From NCBI GenBank assembly GCA_024654535.1, contig JANLHL010000045.1, forward strand, positions 1 to 63,001: DNA of 63,001 nt, given 5' to 3'. The position numbers and the translations under genes were made by a program. Source of the DNA: Candidatus Roizmanbacteria bacterium (GTDB lineage Bacteria > Patescibacteriota > Microgenomatia > UBA1406). A model generated the notes under the pieces. That model had not been told where the DNA came from, did not search any database, and was given only the letters and a program-made list of their open reading frames with translations. Shown piece by piece: positions 1 through 10,287 of this stretch. The first letter of the stretch is position 1. The number at the start of each line of letters is the position of its first letter.

Positions 1-1
1 G

Positions 2-292
2 AAAATAACAACCGCTATCATAGGTCTTATTATCTTGTTTGCAACACTTGCAATAGTGGCACTTGTTGAAAATGTTTTTGGAGTCGGGTTGGGAATAACA
101 AGAAATATTTACTTTACCCCAATAGGCGTGACACAACCACAGGTAAAAAGCTGTTTAGATAATGCGGGCTATCAATTGGTCCCGAGACCAAGCGGTGGCT
201 CCTTTGCTACAGCTGCTGAGCATTCGAATTGGGCCTGCTGCACAGTTGATGCTGGTACTGGTAATATAAGCGCCTGTCGACCAAGTTGGTAA
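2..292 (+). CDS. partial CDS (5' end outside window), hypothetical membrane-anchored protein with Cys-containing tail
   Basis: Frame of ORF 35..292 stays open back to base 2 (KITTAIIGLIILFATLAIVALV...). One hydrophobic helix then four Cys. No family recognised. Confidence 0.35.
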   Translation, partial: KITTAIIGLIILFATLAIVALVENVFGVGLGITRNIYFTPIGVTQPQVKSCLDNAGYQLVPRPSGGSFATAAEHSNWACCTVDAGTGNISACRPSW

Positions 293-340
293 AAGTAAAC
301 TCTCTTGACTCATGAATAAAAACCCTGTACGTTTATTGGT

Positions 341-664
341 ATGACGTGGACAAGTTGCCTTATAGACGGAGTGCCAACCCTTAAGTGTTTGGAGGTTGTC
401 TTTCAAAACATACTCCTTGCGCTTGGTGGGCTCATTTTCGTCATCCTTCTCGTTTTGTTTATTTATGGCTCAATCACCATCCTCACCGCTGGCGATAATG
501 CAGAAAAACTGAAAAAAGGTAAAGGGATTTTCACCTCTGCAATTATTGGTGTGGTGGTTATTGCGGGAGCATATGTAATACTACTTGCACTTGAACAAAT
601 TTTAGGGATAAACGGTCTCACGAAGTTCACTATTCACGAAGTCGCAGTACCCACCATTCCCTAA
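341..664 (+). CDS. small two-TM protein, type IV secretion pilin-like (TrbC/VirB2-like)
   Basis: 107 aa. Two long hydrophobic helices flank a short charged loop (ILTAGDNAEKLKKGKG), the pattern of CPR T4SS-pilin family proteins. Confidence 0.45.
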   Translation: MTWTSCLIDGVPTLKCLEVVFQNILLALGGLIFVILLVLFIYGSITILTAGDNAEKLKKGKGIFTSAIIGVVVIAGAYVILLALEQILGINGLTKFTIHEVAVPTIP

Positions 665-862
665 TTATTTCGCTGCACCGGGGGAAAGCATAAGCACGCG
701 TACTTTTTCATTATTCGGAACCGGAGAGACTGACTGTGTACGATCAGATAAAAAAGAACGAGCAAATAAACCGAGAAAAAATATACCGAGAAAGAATAAA
801 AACCATCCGAAAACTCGCTTCATACTAAAGAGTATACTGTATTTGTATGATAAAATAGACAA

Positions 863-1687
863 GTGAAACAAACACTATTTTTTTCTGTCATCATACCAAC
901 GCTAAATGAAGAACGCGACCTTCCACACCTCTTGTCTGATATTCACAAACAAAAACCTACCAATATAGAAGTATTGATTGCAGACGCCTACAGCAGTGAC
1001 AAAACGTCGACTATACTAAAACAAACTTCTCAAAAACTTCCTCTGTCAATTCTACAAACAAAGAAAAAAAACGTATCCCACCAGCGAAATACAGGAGCAA
1101 AGAATGCACGGGGGAAATATATTATCTTTTTGGATGCTGACAGCAGACTTCCTCCTCAATTCTTCTCTAAGCTTGAGGAGTTTATCATACATAATAAAGG
1201 ATTTCTCTATAGCCTACGAATGTCAACAAATGAGCAAAAAAATGAATACGTTTTTTTGCTTGAGATAGGAAATTTGGTAATAGATTTTTTTAATAGAGTT
1301 GGAAAGCCTTTTGCGGCGGGAACGGGTATTGTGGTACACCGAGAGCTTTTCTATGATCTTGGCGGTTTTGACGAATCTCTCAAGCTTGCAGAAGATCACG
1401 ACTTTGTACAAAGGGCACGAAAAGCGGGTATTCATCTTTGTATTCCTACTGAGCCAACGCTTCACTATTCATTTCGAAGGCCTCAACGCATCGGTTACTT
1501 GCGGTTCCTTGTGCAATATCTTATAGCTAGTATGTACACACTTACCGGAACCGAGATAAAAAAAGATCTTTTTGATTACCCAATGGGAGGTTCTCTCTAT
1601 ACAAAAAGCCTTCCTTCTCCTTTTCCGTTCAAAGTAGATAAGCTAAGCAAAAAACTCACCCGCGCATTCAAGCTCTTATTCGAATGA
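863..1687 (+). CDS. glycosyltransferase family 2
   Basis: N-terminal FSVIIPTLNEE and the FLDADS DXD motif. GTG start per ORF track. Confidence 0.85.
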   Translation: MKQTLFFSVIIPTLNEERDLPHLLSDIHKQKPTNIEVLIADAYSSDKTSTILKQTSQKLPLSILQTKKKNVSHQRNTGAKNARGKYIIFLDADSRLPPQFFSKLEEFIIHNKGFLYSLRMSTNEQKNEYVFLLEIGNLVIDFFNRVGKPFAAGTGIVVHRELFYDLGGFDESLKLAEDHDFVQRARKAGIHLCIPTEPTLHYSFRRPQRIGYLRFLVQYLIASMYTLTGTEIKKDLFDYPMGGSLYTKSLPSPFPFKVDKLSKKLTRAFKLLFE

Positions 1688-2386
1688 GCGAAGTAGTGTG
1701 ATACCATAGACCGCTTTTGCATATGGTCTCAGTACGCGTGACACCTCTTCTAATGTTGTTCCGGTTGTTACAACGTCATCTACTATACAAACTGTCTTCC
1801 CTTCTACAGAAGGGACCACGTGCTCGTTTATGTGGTATAGGCCACGAACATTTTTTCTTCGCATGTTTGATGACATTTTCGACTGTGGTTCACGCTCTGA
1901 TAATTTCTCCACAAGCGATACTGTTGGAATGGCAAAAGCTTGCGTAAGGATGTGGGCAAATACGCTCGATTGATTAAAACCTCGAATGCCCACAACACTC
2001 TTGTGTAGTGGTATTGGGACAAATATATTCGGTTTGATATGTACAAAATAATCATAGAGACTCATCCGCATGTCGTGAGGAACACATGAAAACAAATCAA
2101 CAACCGCCTCTGGCTGTCTCTTATATTTTGCATATTTCACCACCCTCCCACCCATCCCCCTATAGAGAAAGAGTGAAAAAATACCAAAAAGGTTGGAGTT
2201 TCTTCTACATCCCCAATGCACGGTTCCATGTGAACTCGGTTTGTGACATACGTAGCACTTCTGCACACGACATGGTGTTACTTTTTTTGAACACGTAGCA
2301 CATACGTAAACACCGGGGATATGACAGTTAATACAAAACCGGGGGAAAAAATAGTTAAGTAAGGGATGCAGATTTTTTGATAGCAT
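1676..2386 (-). CDS. comFC: ComF family protein (phosphoribosyltransferase domain)
   Basis: N-terminal Cys pairs (CINCH, CATC, CYVC). C-terminal PRTase motif [13 protein letters not shown]. Confidence 0.8.
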   Translation of the reverse strand: MLSKNLHPLLNYFFPRFCINCHIPGVYVCATCSKKVTPCRVQKCYVCHKPSSHGTVHWGCRRNSNLFGIFSLFLYRGMGGRVVKYAKYKRQPEAVVDLFSCVPHDMRMSLYDYFVHIKPNIFVPIPLHKSVVGIRGFNQSSVFAHILTQAFAIPTVSLVEKLSEREPQSKMSSNMRRKNVRGLYHINEHVVPSVEGKTVCIVDDVVTTGTTLEEVSRVLRPYAKAVYGITLLRSFE

Positions 2387-3338
2387 CTAATACTGGGGGG
2401 TGTTCTTTGAGGTACTGTTTTGTTTGATCAATTCCCTGCCCAATAGTCTCTTCTTTATACTTTATAAATGCGCCACTTTTTTTGAGTACGCCCTTTTGTA
2501 TGGCAACCTCAATTATTGCAGATAAAACATCGATTCCTTCTGGGGTTATGACTATTTCTACCTGTTTGAACGGAGGAGCAACTTTATTTTTTATTACCTT
2601 TATGCGCGCACGAGCCCCTGTGACCTCGTCTCCTTTTTTAATAACCTGTATTCTACGAACGTCCATACGGATAGATGCGTAGAACTTTAACGCAAGGCCC
2701 CCTGGCGTTGTTTCTGGGTTTCCAAAAAAAACACCAATCTTCTGACGCATCTGATTGGTAAACATGGCTATGGTTCTAGATTTAGAAAGAACACCTGTAA
2801 GTTTACGTAGTGCTTGTGACATAAGTCGAGCCTGCATGCCCATTACAGAATCACCCATTTCTCCTTCTATCTCTGCCCGTGGAACAAGAGCCGCTACAGA
2901 GTCTATAATTACCAAATCTATACCACCACTCCTAATAAGTGTTTCTGTTATTTCCAACGCCTGTTCTGCTGTGTCTGGTTGAGATATTAACAAATTCTCT
3001 AAGTCCACACCCAATTGTTGTGCCCATACAGGGTCAAGAGCATGCTCTACATCTATAAACGCTGCGGTTCCACCGTTTTTCTGTGTTTCAGCAATAACCG
3101 AGAGACAGATTGTTGTTTTTCCAGACGCCTCTGGTCCAAAGATTTCTACCACCCTACCCTTTGGCAAACCGCCCACCCCAAGGGCTTCATCAAGTGAAAA
3201 AATGCCTGTTGGCAAAACGTCAACCTTTTCTTTGGTTTTGTCACCCATTCGCATAATAGAACCCTTACCAAACTGTTTCTGGATTTCTTCAATCGCCATA
3301 TTTATAGCAGCGAGCTTTGGATTTTTTTGTTCTACCAT
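2355..3338 (-). CDS. recA: recombinase RecA
   Basis: Walker [10 protein letters not shown], and [22 protein letters not shown], typical RecA core over the full 327 aa. Confidence 0.97.
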   Translation of the reverse strand: MVEQKNPKLAAINMAIEEIQKQFGKGSIMRMGDKTKEKVDVLPTGIFSLDEALGVGGLPKGRVVEIFGPEASGKTTICLSVIAETQKNGGTAAFIDVEHALDPVWAQQLGVDLENLLISQPDTAEQALEITETLIRSGGIDLVIIDSVAALVPRAEIEGEMGDSVMGMQARLMSQALRKLTGVLSKSRTIAMFTNQMRQKIGVFFGNPETTPGGLALKFYASIRMDVRRIQVIKKGDEVTGARARIKVIKNKVAPPFKQVEIVITPEGIDVLSAIIEVAIQKGVLKKSGAFIKYKEETIGQGIDQTKQYLKEHPPVLDAIKKSASLT

Positions 3339-3408
3339 GCCCTATAGACTATCATACAAAAATAAAAAAACAAGGGATTATACTCAACATTTGAGGTATA
3401 CTATACCT

Positions 3409-4014
3409 ATGGATTCCTTTATATTAGATACTAATTTTTTTATAAATCTTCAGCGACCACTCGGTCTCGGATCTTCAAAAGAAGAGGTTGTTGATTCGTT
3501 AATTAAAAAAACTGAGGTCGCAGTAAAAAAACACGAACTTGAGCTATTAACAACTCCGGCATCTTTTGAAGAATTGGTGGGTTTTTTTGAGGACCAAGAA
3601 GATGTTAGAAAAAAACTTCTTCGTGTTATTACCATACAATCCCCCGACACCTCCACCCTGTCTTTACAGGCTGGTCTATTTGTCGATCTCGTTGAAGAAA
3701 TAGGGAAAAGGCTATATAAAGGACTTCGAATTACCGAAGAAACAATTCGCACTGTCATACAAGACTCAGAAAAAGACACAAGATCGCTTTCTGAAACGTA
3801 CGTAAAGCTACTACGAGAACGCTATAGAAAAGCAACGAGAGAGGGTTTTCTTGACTCTACGGTAGATTTGGGTCTTATATTTTTGGCCCGCCAAAAAAAC
3901 GGCACCTTAGTGAGTTCTGATAATGGACTACTGCTGTGGGCACAGCGTTTTGGATGCAAACAGCTCTTTCCTGAGCATTTTGCAATCAAACTAAGCGCTC
4001 TATTCAATGTTTAA
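3409..4014 (+). CDS. PIN-domain-like protein (RNA-ligase-partner MJ_0950-like)
   Basis: The ATG at 3409 gives MDSFILDTNFFINL, a PIN beta1-Asp motif, with ...VSSDNGL near the C-terminus. The upstream part of ORF 3202..4014 is antisense to the recA 5' end. Confidence 0.5.
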   Translation: MDSFILDTNFFINLQRPLGLGSSKEEVVDSLIKKTEVAVKKHELELLTTPASFEELVGFFEDQEDVRKKLLRVITIQSPDTSTLSLQAGLFVDLVEEIGKRLYKGLRITEETIRTVIQDSEKDTRSLSETYVKLLRERYRKATREGFLDSTVDLGLIFLARQKNGTLVSSDNGLLLWAQRFGCKQLFPEHFAIKLSALFNV

Positions 4015-4569
4015 CAAGCGCGAAAAAAAACGGGCCAGTTTTTCTGTATCTGTATCGATGGACTTTTCTAAGAAAGGAATGTGTTCTTCTAAAAGGGTTT
4101 TTATTTGTTCTCGCACTTCTTCGTCTTTGGGAAGAAGTAGTGAAACCGAAGTCAGGTTATTATCGCTGTTGTAAAGACGCAGTATCCATTCTGGTTCCTC
4201 TACAGCAATAGAAAATGCATGAATGTGAGAAAAGGGTATTATGTCCCCATACCAATACACCCCAAAGCTTGAAACTTTATGTTTACCACTAGACGGAGGA
4301 GTAGTTATTCTGAGAAAATAAACAAAGATAACTGCCCAAACACCAACGATGAGCACATATTCTGTGATGAACAAAAACAATAAGGACAGAGCAAAACCCA
4401 ACACAACGAGTAATTTAATAAGGTGGGGAGACTTCTTTTTATAAACATGCGTGGGGGCCTCCCATTCAACGGCGTGTATTTTCTTGTTGTTTTGTGATTC
4501 AAGCATTATACTTATAATAGTTTCTTTTATTAGTAAACGCAACAATATGGCAATAATACAAAACGACAA
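4000..4569 (-). CDS. hypothetical membrane protein
   Basis: Two adjacent TM helices followed by a soluble C-terminal domain. The start could instead be the internal Met at 4506. Confidence 0.5.
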   Translation of the reverse strand: MSFCIIAILLRLLIKETIISIMLESQNNKKIHAVEWEAPTHVYKKKSPHLIKLLVVLGFALSLLFLFITEYVLIVGVWAVIFVYFLRITTPPSSGKHKVSSFGVYWYGDIIPFSHIHAFSIAVEEPEWILRLYNSDNNLTSVSLLLPKDEEVREQIKTLLEEHIPFLEKSIDTDTEKLARFFSRLLNIE

Positions 4570-4774
4570 AAGAAGAAAAGAGCTTGAACGTCTCTACTCA
4601 AAACCATCTCTGCAGCTTAATACACATTCTGACAAAAAGCCTTACCGTAACTCGGTGGTGGATGATTTTTTAACAGCGTACCGCCCAACACTTATGAAAG
4701 ACGCTTTTGTTAGTATTATTACACTTTTTGTTTTAATTCTTTTCCAGCTGGTTCTTGTTCGCTTCTTGAAATAA
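4547..4774 (+). CDS. small tail-anchored hypothetical protein
   Basis: Internal ATG of ORF 4451..4774 (MAIIQNDKRRKELERLY...) with a C-terminal TM helix. Overlaps the 3' end of the next gene, so support is weak. Confidence 0.3.
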   Translation: MAIIQNDKRRKELERLYSKPSLQLNTHSDKKPYRNSVVDDFLTAYRPTLMKDAFVSIITLFVLILFQLVLVRFLK

Positions 4775-5342
4775 GCAAGTCTTCTTCACTTCCTATCAAC
4801 ATAAGCCTTGGCTTTTCAAGAAGAGACAACAAAAAAGGGTCTTTGTTTTTCTTTCTGAACGTAAACTCTTCATAATTCATAACACTGTAGTTTATCTCAA
4901 TTTTCCTTCTCTCGCCCTCCTCTTGCGCTATATGTGAGACTTCTCGCAAAGAAACATTTCCAACTACACACAAATCGATCTCGTTTTCCTCTCTTTGTAA
5001 CTGGCGATAAAAAAAGGCGGTAAGGAATGCAAATCGAACTTTTCCTAAGCGTGGTTTTTCTGTAAGAATACGTCCCCCGAGGCCCGTTTTTTTTGCTGTC
5101 ATTCTTAATAATTCATCGTAAAATAACCCACGTGTGTTCGCTTGAAAAAAACGCTTCCTTCCAACCGGTTCCATGCTCACTATCTTTTTTTTCTCCAAAT
5201 ATACAAGCGCTTCTCTGACCGCATTAATTCTCTCTTTTGTTAGTCTTTCGATATGGCGCATATGAAAACGTTCATGAGGGTTCTCATATAACAAGAGAAG
5301 TATTTTTGATTTTGTTTTTGAAAAAAAAGGAATGTCGTGCAT
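4719..5342 (-). CDS. winged-helix transcriptional-regulator-like protein
   Basis: The Met at 5342 gives MHDIPFFSKTKSKILLLLYENP...IERLTKERINAVREALVYLEKKKIV (wHTH). Its start abuts the stop of the upstream gene. Confidence 0.6.
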   Translation of the reverse strand: MHDIPFFSKTKSKILLLLYENPHERFHMRHIERLTKERINAVREALVYLEKKKIVSMEPVGRKRFFQANTRGLFYDELLRMTAKKTGLGGRILTEKPRLGKVRFAFLTAFFYRQLQREENEIDLCVVGNVSLREVSHIAQEEGERRKIEINYSVMNYEEFTFRKKNKDPFLLSLLEKPRLMLIGSEEDLLISRSEQEPAGKELKQKV

Positions 5343-6475
5343 TACACAATTTTTACTTGGTTGCCCGTTGGTAACAATTCGAACCAAATTTTTCCGCGGG
5401 TAAATTCAAGTTCTTGTCCTGACTCATCATACAGGCGAATTTGCGAAAACCGGTCTTTTTTCTTCCACGTGGCGCTCGTTGCTTTTCCATCATGTATCAA
5501 CATTGCCTTTCCGCTTCCTAGTGTGTCGTATAGTAGGTGTTGCCCTTTGTCATAGCCATCTTGTGCGTCTGATTCGTCCATGAATAAAATCACAATATTT
5601 TTTGTCGCTAACTGTTTTCCCATATCCTTATCCATGTGTTTTTCTCCGCCATTTTCTCTCATGTATACGTTTGTTTGTGGGTCATACGTCCAGAGAACAT
5701 TGAACGCTGGACTTTTGTCCCAAAAACCAAACGCAACGCTTTGCTCTTTTGGTCTTTTTTCCAAGACTGGGTCGTCTTTGAACACCCACGGAGTAAAACC
5801 CTCGTCCCAAGCAGCGCCTTCTTTGTCAGCCGAAGCTAAACCCCTCTGCGCCCCCTTTTTCCACAAAAGCTCTGTGCTTGAATACATAGTGTGTTCTACC
5901 GCCACCCCAGGCAGCCTGTCATAGTCGCGCCAGAACACCGGAAACCCAACAGAAAATTGATTAAGGTCGTTATAGCCCGCCCAATCCATCTTCTCTATTT
6001 GTCCAAGGGCATCTGCTGGCCCAGGAGTATTTGCCCCACCTACGTGCGCATAAAGTGGATAACTACCAAATCCTCCAATAAAATCCAAAAAGTAGACGCG
6101 CGCACTCCGAACAGGACCAACCATCTTTGCATCTTGGCAATAAAAAACAGAGAGAAAGCGGGTAATCCCCCCTTCCGCCACTGCCTCAAACACCACGTTT
6201 GCACTACTAAGACCCGACTGTGGTCGAGCCTCGGTTGAGTTTTCGACCATAACCCCCAACGGCCTTCTTTTTTCCCACGCGGTGCGGTTTGATTTTCCAT
6301 ACATCTCTCCGTTTAGCGGACACTCCTCGGTTTTCGGTTCTTCTGTTTGGGTGTTTGTGCCTGAAGAATTAGCCGTTGTTGTCCCTGACACATTTCTTCT
6401 TACTGTCACCAAATAGCCAATTACAAAGGACGCGGCGAACAAAACGAGAAACGTTGCTATATATTTTTTTTCCAT
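5342..6475 (-). CDS. DUF3048 domain-containing secreted/lipoprotein
   Basis: N-terminal TM/signal. PLGVMVENSTEARPQSGLSSANVVFEAVAEGGITRFLSVFY is the characteristic DUF3048 block. Confidence 0.75.
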   Translation of the reverse strand: MEKKYIATFLVLFAASFVIGYLVTVRRNVSGTTTANSSGTNTQTEEPKTEECPLNGEMYGKSNRTAWEKRRPLGVMVENSTEARPQSGLSSANVVFEAVAEGGITRFLSVFYCQDAKMVGPVRSARVYFLDFIGGFGSYPLYAHVGGANTPGPADALGQIEKMDWAGYNDLNQFSVGFPVFWRDYDRLPGVAVEHTMYSSTELLWKKGAQRGLASADKEGAAWDEGFTPWVFKDDPVLEKRPKEQSVAFGFWDKSPAFNVLWTYDPQTNVYMRENGGEKHMDKDMGKQLATKNIVILFMDESDAQDGYDKGQHLLYDTLGSGKAMLIHDGKATSATWKKKDRFSQIRLYDESGQELEFTRGKIWFELLPTGNQVKIV

Positions 6476-6490
6476 ATAATTTTGAATGTA

Positions 6491-6937
6491 TCACATAACC
6501 CCAGCTTTCACAACGGCCTTTTTTTCTTCTTGAGACAGCTCAGACTCTTTTCCTTTGCCGTTCTCGACTTGTTTCATATAAACCCTCATTCCTTCTCTTG
6601 TAAATAAGAACGTCATAACGACACCAGCTCCCCCGTCATCCATAAGAGCAAAGCAGTAGCTTTGTTCGCCCCCGACTCTTTCGAAGGGGTTAAAACGAAC
6701 AAATCCATATCGAGATAGTTTTTTTATCCCTCTCTTTTTTTCTTCATCAAGCTCCTTTTGTATATCGCTAAGCAGGGAGTTGTTTTTTTCTTGTCTTCCA
6801 AAAACCTCATCTATGGCGTGTTTTATTCCCCTTTGTTTATATGGAAAGAGGTTTCTAAGAAAAAAAACAAGATATAACACACCAATAGTTACAAGGAATA
6901 ACCATGCGCTGAGGATAATTATATATATATTTGACAT
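6491..6937 (-). CDS. DUF4446 family protein
   Basis: N-terminal TM helix, then YGFVRFNPFERVGGEQSYCFALMDDGGAGVVMT. Start placed at the internal Met (MSNIYIIIL). Confidence 0.65.
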   Translation of the reverse strand: MSNIYIIILSAWLFLVTIGVLYLVFFLRNLFPYKQRGIKHAIDEVFGRQEKNNSLLSDIQKELDEEKKRGIKKLSRYGFVRFNPFERVGGEQSYCFALMDDGGAGVVMTFLFTREGMRVYMKQVENGKGKESELSQEEKKAVVKAGVM

Positions 6938-6973
6938 ATGTGGGTTACTACTGCTTAAATAAGTATAGCGAAT

Positions 6974-7687
6974 ATGAAACAAAAAGCAATTACCGTGTCT
7001 GTTGTTATTCCCGCATACAATGAGGAAAAAAACATAGAAAGAACCCTCTCTTCTATACTCTTACTGAGGCCTGTTCCAAGTGAGATCGTTGTCATAAACA
7101 ACAACTCTTCTGACAAGACGGGAGATTTGGCTAGGAAAATGGGGGTTCGGGTTATAGAAGAGAACGTACGGGGAATATCTACTGCACGAAATGCTGGTTT
7201 TAATGCTGCGAAGGGAGACCTCCTTATTCGTTGCGACGCAGACACGGTCGTCCCACAAGACTGGATCCAGACGGTCGTAGATTCTTTCAAAGACGTGTCG
7301 GTTGTTGCGGTTACGGGCCCGGCGGATTATTTTGATGACACCCTTCCTGATTGGGTGTCTCGTTCGTTTGGCTTTTTTCAAAACGTCTTCTATTTCCAGC
7401 TGTCGCGTCTTTTGTTGGGACACCACGTTCTTTTGGGTTTAAACTGTGCAATAAGAAGGGACGGGTGGAAAAAAATATCAAGTTCTGTGTGTACGAATGA
7501 CAAAATAATGCACGAAGATATGGATCTTGCTATCCATATTAACCCATATGGAAAAATAGCCTATGTCCCAAGGTTGAGGGTGAAAACATCTCTGAGGAGG
7601 CTCCATAGGCCGTTTTCACTTTTTGTGGTATACCCAACAAAGTGGGTTATTACCATAATAAAACATTTTTTTCCTCACAAAAAATGA
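6974..7687 (+). CDS. glycosyltransferase family 2
   Basis: VSVVIPAYNEEKNI and the CDADT DXD motif. Confidence 0.85.
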   Translation: MKQKAITVSVVIPAYNEEKNIERTLSSILLLRPVPSEIVVINNNSSDKTGDLARKMGVRVIEENVRGISTARNAGFNAAKGDLLIRCDADTVVPQDWIQTVVDSFKDVSVVAVTGPADYFDDTLPDWVSRSFGFFQNVFYFQLSRLLLGHHVLLGLNCAIRRDGWKKISSSVCTNDKIMHEDMDLAIHINPYGKIAYVPRLRVKTSLRRLHRPFSLFVVYPTKWVITIIKHFFPHKK

Positions 7688-8493
7688 AAAAAATCTCTCT
7701 TTCTCTCCCTTCGGGAGAAGTTTTGAAATATAAAGAGGAGGGGGTGGGAAAGACGCTGATTTTGTTACACGGGCTAGGTGTTGATTCTGTTATTTGGGAA
7801 AGGGTGGTCCCCCTTCTACAAAACGATTTCCGCGTTCTCTTGGTTGATTTGCCTGGTTATGGCTTAAATACCAACCTTTGGAATGGAAGCTTTGATGTTT
7901 TTTCTTCTTTTTTTAACACTCTTTTTTCTGCCGAAAGAGACGCATCTGTTGTTGGTTATTCTTTTGGGGGGAATATGTTGTTGAGATATGTGCAAAAAAA
8001 GGGGGTCACACTACCACGTTTCATTGTTTTTTTATCTACCCCGATAAGAAAGGGGGTTGTCTCCCTTTTTGTTTCTTTCTTATCCTTCTTAGTTTCTCTT
8101 TCTCGTGCTGTAAGCGTGAGGGTTGTTTTGTTCTTACTTTCCACCAAGGTTCGCTATTACCTTCTTAAAAAAACAGGCCTTATTTCTATAAAGGACGGGC
8201 CTATAATTGATTTCTGCGTCGACTCTTTAATGGCGTTTAAGAACCCTTCTTATTTATGTAAAAGCCTGTCGTTCGTCTTTCTTCCTTTTGTAAAAAAGAG
8301 GGTTGTAGGGGTTGGGGTAGTGGGGATCTTTGGAGAAAAAGATGGGTTTGTAAAAGAAAAAAGAGATGGTCTTTTACTTACGTCTTCTTTTTCAGACTGT
8401 AAAACACAAACAGTTTTACAAACCCACCACCTTTCCCCACTAGAGAACCCGGAGGGTCTTGTGCAAAAAATTAAGGAGTCGTTGGGGGTGTAA
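7684..8493 (+). CDS. alpha/beta hydrolase
   Basis: The ATG at 7684 overlaps the upstream stop (ATGA). Motifs LILLHGLGVDS and nucleophile elbow GYSFGG. Confidence 0.7.
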   Translation: MKKISLSLPSGEVLKYKEEGVGKTLILLHGLGVDSVIWERVVPLLQNDFRVLLVDLPGYGLNTNLWNGSFDVFSSFFNTLFSAERDASVVGYSFGGNMLLRYVQKKGVTLPRFIVFLSTPIRKGVVSLFVSFLSFLVSLSRAVSVRVVLFLLSTKVRYYLLKKTGLISIKDGPIIDFCVDSLMAFKNPSYLCKSLSFVFLPFVKKRVVGVGVVGIFGEKDGFVKEKRDGLLLTSSFSDCKTQTVLQTHHLSPLENPEGLVQKIKESLGV

Positions 8494-8507
8494 AAAATTA
8501 GTCTTTT

Positions 8508-9062
8508 TTATTTGTGTGGGGCGTAACCAAAAACATCCAAGACTTTTCCAACCGTCTCCATTGGGCCGGAGGAGTATGTGTCTATCACTAAATTAAAATG
8601 CTGTGGGCTCCAAAAATCATAGTCTCCGTAGAGTTTTTTCCACTTTTTTATATTCCCCCCCTCTCTTTCTTGAATTTGTCGTTTTGCTTGCTCCACTGTG
8701 GTTTGATCCCTATTAACCAACCTGTCTATCCTTAGCTCATCCTTACAAACAAGAAGAACTCTTAAGACCCTCCCGAGCTCTCTCGCAACAAATCCAGCGA
8801 GCCAGGCCTCGTAAATAAGCTTCTCTTCGTTTTTTAACTTATTAAGTGTCATTTCCTCAATGTCTCTTTCCCATTGGTCGTCTCTTGTATCAGACCCCGA
8901 ATACTTTTCATCGAACCCTCTTTTTCGGTCGAACTCTCTTTGTATGTCCCCTACATTTATTCGTACCCACCCAGACGGCCCCAGGGTGGAGAAAAGGTTT
9001 TTTGCGAGGGTTGATGTCCCGGTGGCTGGTCTGCCGGAGATGGCTATGTTTTTGTACTTCAT
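8508..9062 (-). CDS. cytidylate-kinase-like P-loop kinase
   Basis: N-terminal P-loop IAISGRPATGTST. Size and layout match (d)CMP kinase-like proteins. Confidence 0.6.
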   Translation of the reverse strand: MKYKNIAISGRPATGTSTLAKNLFSTLGPSGWVRINVGDIQREFDRKRGFDEKYSGSDTRDDQWERDIEEMTLNKLKNEEKLIYEAWLAGFVARELGRVLRVLLVCKDELRIDRLVNRDQTTVEQAKRQIQEREGGNIKKWKKLYGDYDFWSPQHFNLVIDTYSSGPMETVGKVLDVFGYAPHK

Positions 9063-9063
9063 T

Positions 9064-10170
9064 TTATTCTTGTGAACGAATAGGCATAATTATATGAATA
9101 AAGTTGTTTTTTCCTTCTGCTTTAAAAAGCCCTGGAGTATTTGGTTCTTCCATCTCAAAAACAACCTCCTTCGCTTGGTTTATAGAAAAAAAGGCAGATA
9201 AAAATTTGTGATTAAAAACAATTTTATTATTTTTTCCTTCTTTTCCCAGTAGGGGGATATTGAGGCGCGCTTCCCCGTTGGTTGAGCGCACCGAATAAAG
9301 CTCAATCTCGGTGTCTTTTATTGTTAGCTCTACCATATTGGACCCTTCTTTCGAAAAAAGAGAGACCGTCTTTAGTGCGTTTTGGAAATCTTCTGCTTTA
9401 AAGCGTGCCGAGGTTGCTGCTTGCTGGGGGATAGCCTTTTCATATGGGGGGAATTCTCCTTCTAAAAAACGTATGGTTATGTAGCTGTTTTCTGCTACCA
9501 CCCTCATCCTTGAGTATTCCTTGTCTATTTGTACTTTGGTCTCCTCTTTTCCGAGGGTTTTTAGCGCTGTTTGTATGCTTTTTGAAGGAATTATAAACTT
9601 CCTCTTTGTTTTTTTTATTTTTTCTTCCCCTTTTTTTGTTACGAGAGAAAGACGAAAACCGTCTGTAGCTACCATAAATATTCCATCCTCTCTTATGTCA
9701 TAAAAAATTCCGGTGAGAATTGGTCTTGTTTCGTCCGTTGCGGCTGCAAAGGCGACCTCTTCTACTTCTCTCTGTTTAAAAAGGTTTCTTTCTTGGTCTT
9801 CCCACTCTCCCTCTTGTTCTGTAGGAAACAAAGACTCATCTACGGTGGGAATCTTCACAACCCCAGCGGATGTTTTAATGTGAAGGTCATTCTTTACCTT
9901 TTCCACAACTATTTTTTCGTCTCTCACGTTTTTTATTACCTCTAAGAAGGTCTTGTAATCAACCAAGACCTCCCCTTCTATATCTACTTTTCCACCTACT
10001 TTTCCATAAAAAGAGTCTGCCAGGTTGGTTGTCCGCAGGGATATCCCACTACTGTTTGCTTTTATTAAGACTCCTTTAAGGGCCTCTATATCACCCAGTT
10101 TGTATGAAGTAAAAAAACCTGCGCTTTGGAGAGTTGTTAAGAGCTTTTCTCGTAGAATAGTGTATTTCAT
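9064..10170 (-). CDS. dnaN: DNA polymerase III beta sliding clamp
   Basis: 368 aa, immediately downstream of dnaA. Three-domain clamp-like repeat pattern, with ...IIMPIR near the C-terminus. Confidence 0.88.
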   Translation of the reverse strand: MKYTILREKLLTTLQSAGFFTSYKLGDIEALKGVLIKANSSGISLRTTNLADSFYGKVGGKVDIEGEVLVDYKTFLEVIKNVRDEKIVVEKVKNDLHIKTSAGVVKIPTVDESLFPTEQEGEWEDQERNLFKQREVEEVAFAAATDETRPILTGIFYDIREDGIFMVATDGFRLSLVTKKGEEKIKKTKRKFIIPSKSIQTALKTLGKEETKVQIDKEYSRMRVVAENSYITIRFLEGEFPPYEKAIPQQAATSARFKAEDFQNALKTVSLFSKEGSNMVELTIKDTEIELYSVRSTNGEARLNIPLLGKEGKNNKIVFNHKFLSAFFSINQAKEVVFEMEEPNTPGLFKAEGKNNFIHIIMPIRSQE

Positions 10171-10191
10171 ACCTAGTACTAATAGTAATGG

Positions 10192-10200
10192 TGTGGATTA
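10192..10200. promoter_or_regulatory. DnaA-box-like 9-mer in the dnaA-dnaN spacer
   Basis: TGTGGATTA is the reverse complement of TAATCCACA, one mismatch from TTATCCACA. Confidence 0.3.
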
Positions 10201-10287
10201 GTTTATATAATGACCCAATAAATAGCAATTAGTTTTTAGTAAGGCCCCCAACCAATAGTAACTTTTGGTGGAAAAGTAGGTGTACAA

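Noticed and set aside
665-871. 68-aa minus-strand ORF between the pilin-like gene and GT2 (possible 52-aa membrane peptide from the internal Met).
   Set aside because: It rests only on a hydrophobic stretch. It has no RBS or family support and overlaps the GT2 promoter/start region.
2482-2982. ORFs 2482..2682 and 2755..2982 (+) inside recA. Similar antisense ORFs occur inside dnaA (10437..11236), secD, the ABC permease (31471..31935, 32353..32655), the DUF3048 gene (5580..6238) and elsewhere.
   Set aside because: These are shadow ORFs on the opposite strand of genes with unambiguous family signatures. They have low-complexity or odd composition and no recognisable motifs.
3202-3408. N-terminal 69-codon extension of the PIN-like ORF.
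   Set aside because: It runs antisense through the recA 5' end and promoter region. An ATG at 3409 gives a canonical PIN N-terminus.
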